Source: Heterodontus francisci (Eukaryota). From it: 64,000 bases of DNA. A program made the translations under genes and the position numbers. Where the stretch lies: contig NC_090416.1 in NCBI RefSeq assembly GCF_036365525.1, forward strand, positions 17,270,945 through 17,334,944. Reading direction: 5' to 3'. The notes below the pieces were generated by a model, which did no database searches, was not told the origin of the DNA, and saw only the letters and a list, made by a program, of their open reading frames with translations. Each line of letters begins with the position of its first letter. Positions within the stretch are counted from its first letter, which is position 1. Below, piece after piece: positions 1 through 12,141 of this stretch.

Positions 1-339
1 CTGGCTTCTTGCGCACCCCCCGATTTTAATCGCTCCACCATTGGCGGCCGTTCCTTCAGCTGCCTGATCCCCAAGCTCTAGAATTCCCTCCTCAAACCTC
101 TCCGCCTCTCTTGCCTCCTTTAAGTCACTCCTTAAAATCTACCTCTTTGACCGAGCTTTTAGTCACCTGTCCTAATATCTCCTTTTGTGACTCGGTGTCA
201 AATTTTTCTCTGATAGTACAACATCCCAAGGCGTTTCACAGGAGCACTATGTTAAAGACGCTATATAAATGGGAGCTGTTGTTGTAAAAGCAAAACATAA
301 AGGGTTTCCAACTCTCTACCACAGCTTCCGAGTCAGACA

Positions 340-660
340 GACCAGGAACGTTTCAGGTTCAATCCCTAGAGCTGTGCTAGCCTACTTCAGTCAAATAGCT
401 GTGGGGCATAGAAATGGCTGCAGAATCCCGGAGTTAACATAGGTAAAAATCAGCCAGTGCTCCTAACCACTATGCAGTGACGTCTGCTCAACGTGGGTGT
501 CAGGCGAAGACAAGGATCACGTTCGACTGCGTTGCCGCCCACAGTTGAACAACCCGGCACCCAACGTCTAGATCGGGACCTTGCACAGGTGGCCAAAGGG
601 CAGCAGTACCGCTAGAGTCCATAACACGCCAAGAGCCTGTGTCTTCAGAAGGGGAATGGA
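340..660 (+). repeat. Old multi-copy SINE-like family that I cannot name
   Basis: Shared motifs GGTTCAATCCCT..GCTGAG, AAAATCAGCCAG, CTCCTGATCACTAT and GAAGAATGGCCAC. They recur at ~10700-10890, 39780-40100, 40780-41110, 41690-41960, 43070-43340, 53690-53790, 54180-54400 and 63680-63940. Confidence 0.55.
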
Positions 661-745
661 TGCATGAAGACTAGAAGGAAAGTAAGTCAGAACACTTTTA
701 AAATTAATACATGGAAATTAGCAACAATACACAAGTTTGGATTAC

Positions 746-810
746 CTGTAAATTGTAGCCATTGGTGTCGTCACCTTGTCCTCGATAAATCGTAACTTAA
801 ACTTGTTGTA
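746..810 (-). CDS. TARS2: Threonyl-tRNA synthetase (TARS2-like) coding exon 7, YNKFKLRFIEDKVTTPMATIYR; the gene continues beyond the window start
   Basis: 65 bp with AG acceptor (811-812) and GT donor (744-745). Matches the eukaryotic ThrRS segment recalled as YNKFKCRILNEKVNTPTTTVYR in human TARS1. Confidence 0.9.
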
Positions 811-897
811 CTAAGAAGGAAAAACATTTTTCAACGAGATTCTCCCCTTCCACCGTCCAGAAATTTACAAATTTTCTCTTGCGTACCCAGACTGTAC

Positions 898-1015
898 CTT
901 GAAAAGTTCCAAGAGCTCCTCTCTACGCACCTCCACTCTCTCAAAAGGATGTCTCTCTTCCATCATCGACTTGCAGATGCTTTCCAGATCTGGAAAATCG
1001 CTATTAGGAACAGAC
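898..1015 (-). CDS. TARS2: TARS2-like coding exon 6, (R)SVPNSDFPDLESICKSMMEERHPFERVEVRREELLELFK
   Basis: 118 bp, AG/GT flanked, phase compatible with both neighbours; part of the N2 editing domain. The following intron is only 87 bp. Confidence 0.9.
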
Positions 1016-1791
1016 CTATTTGGAGGAGGGAAGAGACAGGAGGAGAGACAGATGAAGCTAGCTGAGCTAACCTGGCAGGGATACAGCCTGCACTTTAAAA
1101 GAATAAAAATAGGCATTAACACATCACAAAATCACATCCCCATTGATATCCCAAAGCCCTTTACAAATTACTTCTTTGAGGCTTAGTCGCTGTTGTGACA
1201 TAGGAAACGTAATAGCCAATTTGCACACAGCAAGCTCCCACAATCAGAACATTTAATGCATGACTGGTTCATCAATTTTTGGGTTGGGTTGAGACCAGGA
1301 CTGCAGGCAAACTCCCTTCTCTTCACCAAATACTGTCAATGTTTTTTGTTTTTACGTTCTACCTGTGCAGGCAGGCAATGACTCGACAACAATAGCAATC
1401 TGCATTTATATAGCGCCACTGATGTAGTCAAACCCAAGGCACTTCACTAAAACATCATCAGATAAAATTCAACACCAAGTCACATAAGGACAGGCAACCA
1501 AAAGCTCGGTCAAAAAGGTCGGTTTTCAGCAGCGTCTTAAAGGAGGAGAGGCAGAGAGGTTTAGGGAGGGAATTTCAGAGCTTACGGCCCAGGCAGCTGA
1601 AGGCACAAGCACTAATGGTGGAGCGATGGAAATCGGGGGGGAAACCAAACGAAGGTCTTCTCAACCCACCAGGTGAAGTGTCGGGGGAGAGGGCGGCCCT
1701 ACACAGCTGGGTGAGGGAGGTGGTCTCAGAATCAAACACAGACAGCACGACACTCAGCAGAGGGATGGGGAGGCGGGAAAATTGCGCTCAC

Positions 1792-1913
1792 CTGCCGCCC
1801 ATGTACATGTCGTAGAAGAATCCATGCTCTGTGTTTGGCCCATGGCACAGCAAGCCCGCATAGAGCCGCTCCATAGCAGCACCAAGCAGGTGGGCACTGG
1901 AATGCCAGTACAC
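1792..1913 (-). CDS. TARS2: TARS2-like coding exon 5, [40 protein letters not shown](R)
   Basis: 122 bp, tag| acceptor and |gtgag donor. Carries the ThrRS editing-domain HxxxH motif (WHSSAH) and the GP..E.GFxYD motif. Confidence 0.93.
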
Positions 1914-1989
1914 CTACAGGGAAAACAAAAGGGACATGAGGTTGAAAACATTAACACCTGAGCAAGGAGCAGCTCAAAGATTGACAAGA

Positions 1990-2420
1990 ACGAGACCAGA
2001 ACTGAGAGGTTATAATTACAGGAAAGACTGAACAAGATGGGGCTCTTTGCTCGAGAAAAAAGAAGGCTGAGGGGGTGACCTGACAGAGGTCTCAAAGATT
2101 ATCAAACGGTTCAACAGGGTCGGCATAGGGAAAGTGTTTCCACTTGTTAGGGCGCCCAGAATTAGGGGCCATAAACACAAGACTGTCACTAATAAATCCA
2201 ATAGGGAATTCAGGAGAAACTTCTTTCCCCAGAGAGTGGTGAGAATGTGGAACTCGCTACCACAGGGAGTGGTTGAGGGGAATAGCAGAGATACATTTAA
2301 GGGGAAGCTGGATAAACACACGAGGGAGAAAGGAATAGAAGGATATGGTGATTGGGTGAGATGAAGAGGGGGTGGGAGGAGGCTCTAGTACAGCTTTGGA
2401 GTGACTAGTTTCTGTAAATT
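1990..2420 (+). mobile_element. CR1-like LINE 3' fragment
   Basis: Translates to the CR1 ORF2 tail (RRLRGDL, RRNFFPQRVVRMWNSLP, FKGKLDK). Confidence 0.8.
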
Positions 2421-3041
2421 CTCTTGTATATAATTCCATGTCACAGTGCTTACTAACCGCAGTGTACTCAATCCCTGTGGTGCATGGCTCACACATCAGA
2501 CCACTTCACATGACACCCAAATAAATCGGAAAAGGAAGCCGCACTGTAACTGTTACCTACACAAATTGTCTGCAAGCTCTCGATGGACGGAGGGAATGGT
2601 AAAGATTTTCCCACAGGTATCGCAGGAATAAGATTCAAACTTGTTAATAAAACAGATCTTGGAAGTGCAGAACTCCTCTGTATCTTAATTTGATTTGCCT
2701 CAGACGGTAAATGCTAGAGAAAGGGTTAAGGAACCAAGGCAGGTAGGCAGAATGAAACTGCGGATCAGCCATGATCTAACTGAATGGCGGAATAGCCTTG
2801 AGGGACTGAATGACCTTGTCCCTCACCCTGGCGAGGCTATGGGAAGAGAGTGGGCATTGAGATTAGTTTGGATTAGGGGATGTAACAGGCTTGAGGGGCT
2901 GAATGGCCTCCTCCTGTTCCTACATGGAATGTGTAAGGGGGTTAAACAGCTTCCTCCTTTTCTTATACAGATTGCTCCATGCTTCTACTGTCCCCAGGGT
3001 AGTTACAATAGGCTCCGGTTTTGAGTTTTCACCTCACTCAC

Positions 3042-3165
3042 CGCTTTCGCTGCCTCGTTGTCAAATTTCAGAAGCTCCACAGTTGAGTCTCCCTCCAGGG
3101 GACGGTGAAGATCCCACAGTACTCCGTTTACACGGGCCACCACTGCACTGTCCGACAGTCCCTGA
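3042..3165 (-). CDS. TARS2: TARS2-like coding exon 4, (S)QGLSDSAVVARVNGVLWDLHRPLEGDSTVELLKFDNEAAKA
   Basis: 124 bp, cag| acceptor and |gtgag donor. TGS domain motif WDL.RPLE. Confidence 0.93.
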
Positions 3166-3269
3166 CTGACATTCCAAAAAACACAGAACGAAAGGAGGAA
3201 TTAAAACGCTTCTCCTCCTGGTCGGTTGGAAGATATCGCACAATCATCAAACAATACAGCACAATATTG

Positions 3270-4100
3270 TGCCAAGACTGACTGGCCCTTCAAAACAGGC
3301 ATCCAATTAACTCCACTCCCCTGCTCATTCTCCATAGCCCTGTCATTTTTTCCTTTACAAGTGTCTGACCAATTCCCTTTTGAAAGCTGCTATTGAATCA
3401 GCTTCCACTGCCCTTTCAAACAGCACATTGCAGATAATAACTAGCTGTGTAAGAAAGTGTTCCCCTCTGGATCTTTTGCCAATCACCTTAAATCTGTGTC
3501 CTCTGGTTACTGACCCTCCTGCCAATGGAAAACAGTTTATCTTTATTTACTCTATCAAACCATTCATGATTTTGAACACCTCCACTAAATCTCATCTTAA
3601 CCTTCTTTGGTCTTAGGAGAGCAACCCCAGTTTCTCCGCATGACTGAAGTCCCTCGTCCCCAGAACCATTCCATAGGGTTGTACCTCGGAGCAGGCTGGG
3701 GCTCTTTTCTCCAAATGAGAGAAGTCTGAGGAGTAACCTGAGAGAGGTCTTTAAGATTATGAAAGGATTCGATAGGGTCGATGTAGAGAAGATGTTTCCG
3801 AGCGTGAAGACGACCAGAACTAGGGGACCATCAATAAAAGAGTCACTAATAAATCCAAAGGGGAATTCAGGAGAAACTTCTTCACCCAGAGAGTGGTGAG
3901 AAGTGGAACTCACTACCACAGGGAGTGGTTGAGGTGAATAGCAGAGATACATTTATGAGGAAGCTGGATAAACACAAGGAATAGAAAGCTATGCTGATGG
4001 GTTGAGATGAACAGCGATGGGAGGAGCTCATGTGGAGCACAAACACCAGCAAAGATCTCTTGGGCTGAATAGTCTGTGGCCTGTTTCTGTGCCTTGAATA
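3270..4100. mobile_element. Two adjacent CR1-like 3' fragments in opposite orientation (~3270-3680 minus, ~3690-4100 plus)
   Basis: CR1 tail motifs present on both strands. Confidence 0.72.
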
Positions 4101-4117
4101 CTTTGTCATAGTCTGAC

Positions 4118-4308
4118 CTGATTGCTCTGGCGATCTGATACGGACTGGTTTTCCATGACTCTCCCTCCATGCATTTCCCATCTGGCAGGGTAACCCTGAT
4201 CGGCCGACTCGCTGTCAGAGCTCTTTCTCGAAGGATTTCCTCGTGAGTCACCTTCAGTTTCTCAAATTGCAGTAGTCGCTCTGTGACATACCGGGGCCAA
4301 GGCTTCCC
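4118..4308 (-). CDS. TARS2: TARS2-like coding exon 3, GKPWPRYVTERLLQFEKLK...IRVTLPDGKCMEGESWKTSPYQIARAI(S)
   Basis: 191 bp, cag| acceptor and |gtcag donor. Start of the TGS domain (VTLPDGK, WKTSPYQIA); lies inside ORF 3913..4398. Confidence 0.92.
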
Positions 4309-4556
4309 CTGGAGGATACAGAAGGAACTTACATCTCTAAGCAAGGAAAACAGGAGACACTGGAAAATGTGGGAAATACAACCCACTTCAATCAGCAAGG
4401 GAAAAAAATTGCAGGACTATAGCGAAAGAGCAGCGGAATGAGATTCATTGAATAGCTTTATCAAAGAGCTAGCACAGGCATAATGGGCCGAAGGACCTCA
4501 TTCGGTGCTGCATCATTCTACGAAAGGGAACAGACGGATTCAATGGTGTCTCTTAC

Positions 4557-4637
4557 CTCCATGCGGCCACCATACTCACAGCGTTTTCCGCCATGCTTGC
4601 CCACATGTTCATCAGTAAGTGCAGCTTCCGCTGTATT
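4557..4637 (-). CDS. TARS2: TARS2-like coding exon 2, NTAEAALTDEHVGKHGGKRCEYGGRME
   Basis: 81 bp, phase 0-0, polypyrimidine tract plus tag acceptor, GAG|gtaaga donor. Ends GGRME|GKPWP, resembling GGRAE|LNPWP of human TARS1 (recalled). Confidence 0.75.
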
Positions 4638-5094
4638 CTATCAATGAAAGTGAAAGGAGGTCATTCTGTGCGATCTGGAATATAATGTCTTTACTGTCCT
4701 GGAAGCAGATTTAATAGTAACTTTCAAAAGGAAACTAAATAGATACTTCAAGGGGGGAAAGAAAAACCTGTAGAGTTATGGGGAATGAGCCAGGGGAGTG
4801 GGATTAATTGGTTAGCTCTACCAAAGAGGCATGGTGGAGGCACAGGTACGATGGGCTGAAGAACCTCCCACTGTGCTGCACCATTCTATGATGTAATGAC
4901 TACAAAAGTTTAAATGCTCTTTATTCAAACCTTATCTCTCGAGACTCATAAAATGTTGAGGTTTTGCATTATTACAGACTTCTATCTTAGTGAGCTGCTG
5001 GGGATCCTCTATTAATGTAGAAGAGATCGATCATAAGAAATAGGAGCTGTCGGCCATTTGGCCCCTCGGGCCTGCTGCACCATTCAATAAGATC

Positions 5095-6545
5095 ACAGGT
5101 AAGGAGACCAAAATTGTATGCAGTGCTCTAGGTGCGGTCTCACCAATGCCCAGCACAGTTGCAGCAAGACTGCCCTACTTTTATACTCCATCCCCCCTTG
5201 CAATAAAGGCAAACATTCCATTTGCCTTCCTAATTACTTGCTGTACCTGCATGCTAACATTTTGTGATTCATGTACAAGGATACCCAGATCCCTCTGTAC
5301 TGCAGCATTCTGCAGTTTCTCTCCATGTTTAATAGTACTCTGATTTTCTGTTCTTCCTGCCAAAGTGGACAACCTCACATTTTCCCACATTATACTCCAT
5401 CTGCCAAATGTTTGCCCGCTCACTTAACCTATCTACACCTCCTCACAATTTGCTTACCTACCTATCTTTGCATCATCAGGAAATTTGGCCACAATACACT
5501 TGGTCCTTTCATCCAAGTCATTAATATATATCGTAAAATCACCGAGGCCCCAGTACTGATCCTTGTGGCACTCCCCAAGCTGCAAATGCCCCATTTAACC
5601 CGACTCTCTGTTTCCTATTAGTTAGCCAATCCTCTAGCAATGCTAATATATTACCTCCAACACCATGAGCTCTTATTTTGTGTCGGAACCTTTTATGTGG
5701 CACCTTATCGTATGGCTTTTGGAAATCCAAATACACTACATCTTCCCTTTATCCACCCTGCCTGTTACATCGTCAAAGAACTCTTTGTCAAGCACATAAA
5801 ACCATGTTGACTCTCCCTGATTTAGAAAATTATAATACAATGTCCTGCTACTACTTCCCTAATAATGGATTCTAGCATTTTCCCAATTAGATGCTAAGCT
5901 AACTGGCCTATAGTTTCCAGCTTTCCTTCAATGCACGCCCCTGCTTGGTTGAACAGAGGTGTTAAATTTGCAGTTTTCCAATGTGCTGGGACTTTTCCAG
6001 AAGCTAGGGAATTTTGGAAGATTACAACCAATGCATTCATTATCTCTGCAGCCACTTCTGTTAAGACCTGAGGATGTAGGCCATCAGATCCAGAGGGCTT
6101 GTCAGTCTTTAGTGCCATTAGTTTTCCTAGTACTTTTACTCTGGTGATAGTAATTGTTGTAAGTTCCTCCCTTCCTTCTACTATTTTTACTGCTATTCTT
6201 GGGATGCTTTTTGTGTCTTCTATGATGAGGAGAGATACAAGATATTTGTTCAAAATCTCTGCCATTTCCTTGCTTCCCATTATTAATTCCCCAGTCTCAT
6301 CCTCTAAGGGAGCAACACTTACTTTAGCTACTCTCTTCCTTTTTATATATTTGTAGAAGCTTTATATTTCTCACTAGCTTACTCCCATTCTCTAATTTCT
6401 CCCTCTTTTGTTTTTAAAGTCATCCTCTGTGGGTTTCTAAAATGTTCCCAATCTTCTGGCCTATCAGTAATTTTTGCAGCATTGTAGGTATTTTCTTTCA
6501 ATTTGATACCATCCTTAGTTAGCCACGGATGGTGCATCCTTCTCA
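5095..6545 (-). mobile_element. Degenerate CR1-like LINE ORF2 (RT) fragment
   Basis: ORF pieces YLDFQKPYDKVPHKR, GVPQGSVLGP, DKPSGSDGLHPQVL, VPAHWKTANLTPLF, and QRDLGILVH..QVIRKANGM. Confidence 0.88.
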
Positions 6546-6983
6546 GTCTCTTCAGAGTTGTTGACTTCCCACCCCTCTAACCCCCAGCACCCCAACTTCC
6601 TAACTTAATGGTGTTACTGCAGACTCCCCCTGAAGCAGAGGAAGACACATGGGTTTGGGGAGACAGCAGGGCAGTGGGATTATTCCAGTTAAGAGCCGAC
6701 TCCTGCTCCTAATTTGAGTGTTCGTATGTGCTCGACAGAGGCGCAATGGGCCGACTGGCATGCTTATCGACAGTAAAGACTGTGTTATTGCTAAAGATCA
6801 GACGTACAGCTAGAGATGGAATCTGGTGTTTTCTGACTGATGTGCCCCAGTTGCACAAAATGCACCCCCAACACATCAGGTAAGCGCAGAAAGTATATTT
6901 TTGCCATCAATATGAAAGGATTTAAACTATAAATAGAGTGCAGGATTCGCATTCAGTAAATAAAGCTGAAGAGTTGAACAGAC

Positions 6984-7088
6984 CCAGCAGCGTCGCAGGT
7001 AAGGCTCTGAGACAGTGGTGAAGCGGCTCAGCCCCAATCTCCTGGCAGACAGACTCCAAACAGCCACAGCCATTCTGTTCACCCTCAT
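6984..7088 (-). CDS. TARS2: Candidate first coding exon encoding a mitochondrial-presequence-like peptide, MRVNRMAVAVWSLSARRLGLSRFTTVSEPYLRRCW (alternative start at 7073)
   Basis: Arg/Ser/Leu/Ala-rich peptide with a single acidic residue, lying just downstream of the CCAAT/GC-box cluster. Its phase-0 donor TGG|gtctgt fits exon 2, but the donor is weak. Confidence 0.6.
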
Positions 7089-7129
7089 TCATAACCCAAC
7101 TCCCTGGGCGTCGCCATAACTGTCCCCGC

Positions 7130-7256
7130 AGAACCCGCCCCGTCCCCTATTGGCCCAAGCAATGTAGCAACTGCGGCAGCCCGTCACCCGATTGGTCACC
7201 GTCCCCATCAATCAAAGCCTGGTGCTTCCGTGTGTTACATCTAAATCATTCCGGGG
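7130..7256 (-). promoter_or_regulatory. Probable TATA-less promoter of the TARS2-like gene
   Basis: GC box (cccgcccc, 7134-7141), two CCAAT boxes on the minus strand (7149-7153, 7191-7195), ETS/GABP-like GGAA cores (~7225-7230, ~7249-7254), and local CpG enrichment. Confidence 0.6.
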
Positions 7257-7375
7257 GAATGCGAGCACAATACTGTTAGAATCAGAACTTACAGCACAGA
7301 AACGGGCCATTCGGCCCAGCTGGTGTTTCTGCTCCACATGAGCCTCCTTCCACCCTATCAACATTGTAACGTCAA

Positions 7376-7795
7376 CCATGACTCAGTGGGTAGCACTCTT
7401 TCCCGAGTTAAAAGGTTGTGGGTTCGAGACCCATTCAAGAGACTTGAGCCCACACTCCATGGTGACGTGCCCAGTGCAGTACTGAAGGAGCGCCGCACTG
7501 TCAGAGGTGCCGTCCTCCGATGAGACTTTAAACCGAGGCCCCGTCTACCCTCTCAGGCAGACGTAAAAGATCTCACGGCCGCTATTTGAAGAAGACGGGA
7601 GAGTTCTCTCCATTGGCCTTGCCAATATTCTCCCTCAACCAACATTACTAATAAAACAGATTATCCAGTCAACACAATGCTGTTTTTGGGAGCTTGCTGT
7701 GCACAATTTGACTGCTGTGTTCCCTGCATTAAAAGACTGACTACACTTGAAAACATACTTTATTGGCTGTCAAGCGCTTTGGGATATCCCGAGGT
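7376..7795 (+). mobile_element. DeuSINE (SacSINE1-like)
   Basis: tRNA-like head (CTCAGTGGGTAGCACTC..GGTTCGAG) and Deu-domain-like core GCAGTACTGAAGGAG..GAGGTGCCGTC..GATGAGAC.TTAAACCGAGGCCCCGTC. Confidence 0.7.
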
Positions 7796-10214
7796 TTTTT
7801 TGAAAAACCATATCCTTCTATTTCTTTCTCCCTTAACTAGCTTCCTCTGAAATGCATCCAGGCTATTCACTCAACCACTCCCTGCCAATTTCAATGTTAT
7901 ATCGTTTAGAAGTTTGGGGGAAATTACCTGTGCCGTGTCCCATCCCAAGCACTGTGACACTGTGGCGAGCTAAGGGGAGTAAAATAGAAATTATTAGCCT
8001 AAAATTTAAAATAAGGCCACATTACATCTGCACCCATTTCCTGTCAAGTTTTCCCATATAAATTTTACTGTCCACGTTCATAATGGACTAAGTAAAATAC
8101 TGGGTATGCTGGAAATTTGAATTTAGTAACAAAAAATGCACAGGTCAGGCAGCACTGTAGATACGAGAAACATGGGGTAATGTTTCAGGCCGATGACCTT
8201 TCATCAGAGTATTATAAATGTGAACATAGAAAATTAAAATGAAAGCATATAAATAAATACTGCATTTAATGTTAAGTGAGGGCTGCATTAATAACTGCAT
8301 ACCTTGGTCTGATTATCCCAAATCTGCTCCGCCTGCAGAGCACATTTGGGTCTTGATTCCGCCGTGTGCAACGCCACTCCAGATCAACTAGTATGTGATT
8401 CGTTCTTGGTCGTTCAGTGTTCTCCCTTTTTCTCCTGAAGACCGACTCCTGCTGGGGTAAGGTTCCATGTGGCCCTGGCCTCCTTTCGGTACCTCACCAT
8501 TCTTCACAAGAGCCTAGAGGTGGTGTGATCAGCTACTCAACTACAGGGGCATCACAGCTGAATTCGCACTTTGAAATACACCATTCAGCAGCGATCAAGA
8601 GTGGAAGTCCTGGCTGACTTTGCCAACTATGCACCCCACCCCCCTCCCCGCCCCCACCAACCATTATTGTTGCTCTAGCTGAGAGCAGTTAATTAAGCAC
8701 CATTTTTCAAAAGCAGCCTTGAAAAATGAGGATGGAAAGGTTAGCGGCACTGCTTGTAAACAAGAGATGCAGAGCACTTTCACAATACAATGAATTAGTT
8801 CAGGGGAAATTCATTATGGTTAATGAATGCACCAATTCTCTTCCATCCTCTCCGGACACAACTGGGTTCCTCTGAGGTGCTCACAGAAAACAAAATTGGA
8901 GGGGGAAATTGGGCAGAAACGTTGGGGCAAGTTGATCACCCCTCAGCTATAGGGGTTCATGGTCTGTCAGGATTAGAGTAAGGAAGTAATTCTATTAAAT
9001 ACCCTCAGACAGGGAGTCATAATAGCATTGGCATCCACTCAAACATAATGACAGACAGCTCTTCTGGACATTTTCCTTTCCAAAAGGAAGTAACAAATGG
9101 GAGTAGGTGTTGGCCATATCACCCCTCGTGCTTGCTCCACCATTATATACGATCATGGCTGATCTTCGACCTCAACACCACCTTCCCACCCCATTCCCAT
9201 ATCCACAGCCCTCTGGGTAAAGACATTTCTCCTCATCTCAGTCCTAAATGGCCAATCCCTTATCCCGAGTTTATGATCCCTAGTTTTAGACTCTCCAACC
9301 AGTTCCATACTTAGCATGGTACCTATCAACTGAGGCATTGGCGATGGGTCCCAAACTCTTGGCCTCCAACTACTAACACAAGGGCAGCAAGCACAAGTTC
9401 CCTTCCAAGTCTGTCTCACGCCATCCCAACTTGGACATACATCAACCGTTCCCTCATTGTTGCTGTATCAAAAGCCTGGAACTCCCTCCCCATCAGCACT
9501 ATGGGGACAGCTTCACCACATGGGCTGCAGCACCTCAAGGAGGAGGCTCACCACACCATCTCCAGGACAACCAATGGAGGGGCAATAAATGTCAGCCTAG
9601 CCAGTGACACCCACATCCCAAGAATGATTTTTCTTTTAAAAAACTGCTAATTTGGACAATTTGTCGTCAACTCACTTCCATGAGGATCCGAGTGAAACTA
9701 TTCCAGGTAAGACCGAGACTGAGGAAGAATGTTATTCCTCTGACTAGCTGAGGTTCAAACCAATCCAATGGCTAACCTCAGTGAGATTATTAGCAAGTCC
9801 TCCTTTAAAGCTTGCCTCACAAACTGCAAAACTGGAACTACTTCTGTCCCTCCATTCCGCAACTCTTCCAGAGCTTGCCTTATTGCTTATAAAAAGCTGA
9901 GACACAAATCTTATCCTACCACTCCCTCATGTGACTGGTACCAACAAAGATCCCGTCTTGCCATTATCCAGTGTGCGGCTGATAATGATGCCAAGATCCT
10001 GCACAAGGTGCCTGTCAGTAGCTGTGAGAAAGTTGAGAACACATTTTAGCTGGGGTAGAACCTATGGAAAATTAAATTTACATTTCATTTTTCCACATTC
10101 CGCTCCTGAAGGTGCTGACGAGAGGTCAAAACTGAGCCCCATCCTGTCCAGACTCAATAGTACAGGAGCCCTATTTCAGCAAGAGTCATTGGATAGCATT
10201 TCGCTGGCATCTTT

Positions 10215-10636
10215 CACCATCTCAGGATGTCTTAAAGTGCTTTACAGCCAACAAAGTACTTTTTCTGAAGTGCTATAATGTTGGAAATGCAGCAGCCAAA
10301 ATTGCACACAAGTTCCCATAAACAGCAATGCTCTCAATGAACAGGTAATTCTTTTGTAAAATGATGTTGGTTGAAGGATAAATATTGTCCAGGACACCAG
10401 GAGAACACCCTTGCTCTTCGAGTAGGGCCATGGGATATTTTATGTCCACTTCAGAAGGCAGACGGGACCTCGGTTTAATGTCTGGCCCAAAAGGCAGCAT
10501 CTCAGTCAGTGCAGCACTCCCTCAGTACAGCACTGGGAGTGTCAACTTGGATGTTGTGCTCATGACTCTAGAGTGGGACCTGAGCCAACAACCTCCTGAC
10601 TCAGAGGCATGAGTTCTGCACACTAAGCCATGGCTG
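10215..10636 (-). mobile_element. DeuSINE (SacSINE1-like)
   Basis: Reverse-complement match to 7376-7795. Confidence 0.7.
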
Positions 10637-10889
10637 ACACCTTTTGAGACAGCGATTCCTGGCTTGATTTCCCCCTTCCATATTCCAACTGCTACCACAG
10701 CCGAGATCAGCTAACTCAACACTCGGTTGCTTCCCAATCCTGATCACTATCATTTGCTGAAAAGTGTACACCTGAACGTCTGGCGAGGATAGGACTGGGC
10801 CCAACTGCAATGCATCCAGTCAAATACCACCTTGACACTCACTGTCCAAGCTCAGAGAAAGAATGGCCACTTTGGTGGGACACTGAAGA

Positions 10890-11280
10890 GCTGGGGCCAG
10901 TAGCATAGTGGCCATGTTACTGGACTAGTAATCCAGAGGCCCAGAATAATGCTCCAGAGACAGGAGTTCAAATCTCATCATGGCAGATGGGGGAATTTAA
11001 ATTCAATTAATTAATAAATCCGCAATAAAATGCTAGTCTCATTAATAATAAACGATGAAACTGGTTAAAAACCCATCTGGTTCCCTAACGTCCTTCGGGG
11101 AGGAAATCTGCCATCCTTACCCGGTCTGGCCTACATGTGACTCCAGACCCTCAAGAATGTGATTGACTCTTAACTGCTTTCTGAAATGGCATAGGAAGCC
11201 ACTCAGTCCAAGGGTAATTAGGGGTAGGGCAATAAATGCTGGCCTTGCCAACGAAGCCCACATCCCAAGAACAAATTTTT
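10890..11280 (+). mobile_element. tRNA-derived SINE sharing a LINE-type 3' tail (GGGCAATAAATGCTGGCCTTGCCA..CCCACATCCCAAGAA)
   Basis: A/B-box-like head. The same tail ends the LINE fragment at ~9330-9630 and short copies at ~12850-12920, ~28950-29030 and ~53210-53285. Confidence 0.6.
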
Positions 11281-12141
11281 TTAAAAACTGACGGCCCCCA
11301 TAGGACCACAACTTAGGAAAAGTCAGTACTTTCAGGAGAGGAGGTGAAAAACTTTTTAATATAAAAGGTCTTGAAAAAAAATAGCAGCAACTTACCACTC
11401 TCAGCCAGTGCATCTGAAACACTGCAGTCATCAGCAAAATTAAGGCTTGGAAACTAGAATCCCAAAAACAATAGCTACAATAGTTGCAAACATAGAAGGG
11501 AACAAAAGCAATTTGTTAGACATAAAAAGGAGACAATAAATTACAAATTTAAAGAATTGTAAACAAACATGTTTCTCTTCGTTCAGATAATTTTGATAGT
11601 CTAAGTGCAACAAAATCTGATATTTACGTCTAAACTGTGCCCCCCCCCCCCCAACCTCACCCCCAAGTACTTAATTCCCCTGTGTTCCTATAAAAGTCAC
11701 ATTACCACCTCACCTGGAGTCTTCCTGACTGCTCACAACCTCACAGTTTCAAAGGGAGCTGGACAAATAGGTGAAGGGGAAGTCTTTTTAGGGCTTTGGG
11801 GAAAAGAGCAGGGAAAGTGGGTTGAATTAGATCACTCTTTCAAAGAGCTATCACAAGCACGATGGGCCAAATGGTCACTTTCTGTGCTATATCATTCTAC
11901 GATAAGAGGTTAACATCCTTTGACATTGTTGCTGTTCTTAGACAGCAAGGAGGACATTCAGATTTGCATAAGTCACAGAACAATTATGCAGCACCACAAT
12001 TGGCACAAATTTACAAGGCCATATAATTTCCATCTTCTGGCGGAAAAACACAATTTTCAGCAAAATATGCAGACAAATTAAAGTAGAAGTTACATTGAAT
12101 ATAGACACACATCATTTATACATGTATATATAAAAATAAAT

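Noticed and set aside
6995-7004. Plus-strand consensus donor CAG|GTAAGG inside the ThrRS first exon
   Set aside because: It is on the wrong strand for the gene, and I have no evidence for an antisense spliced transcript.
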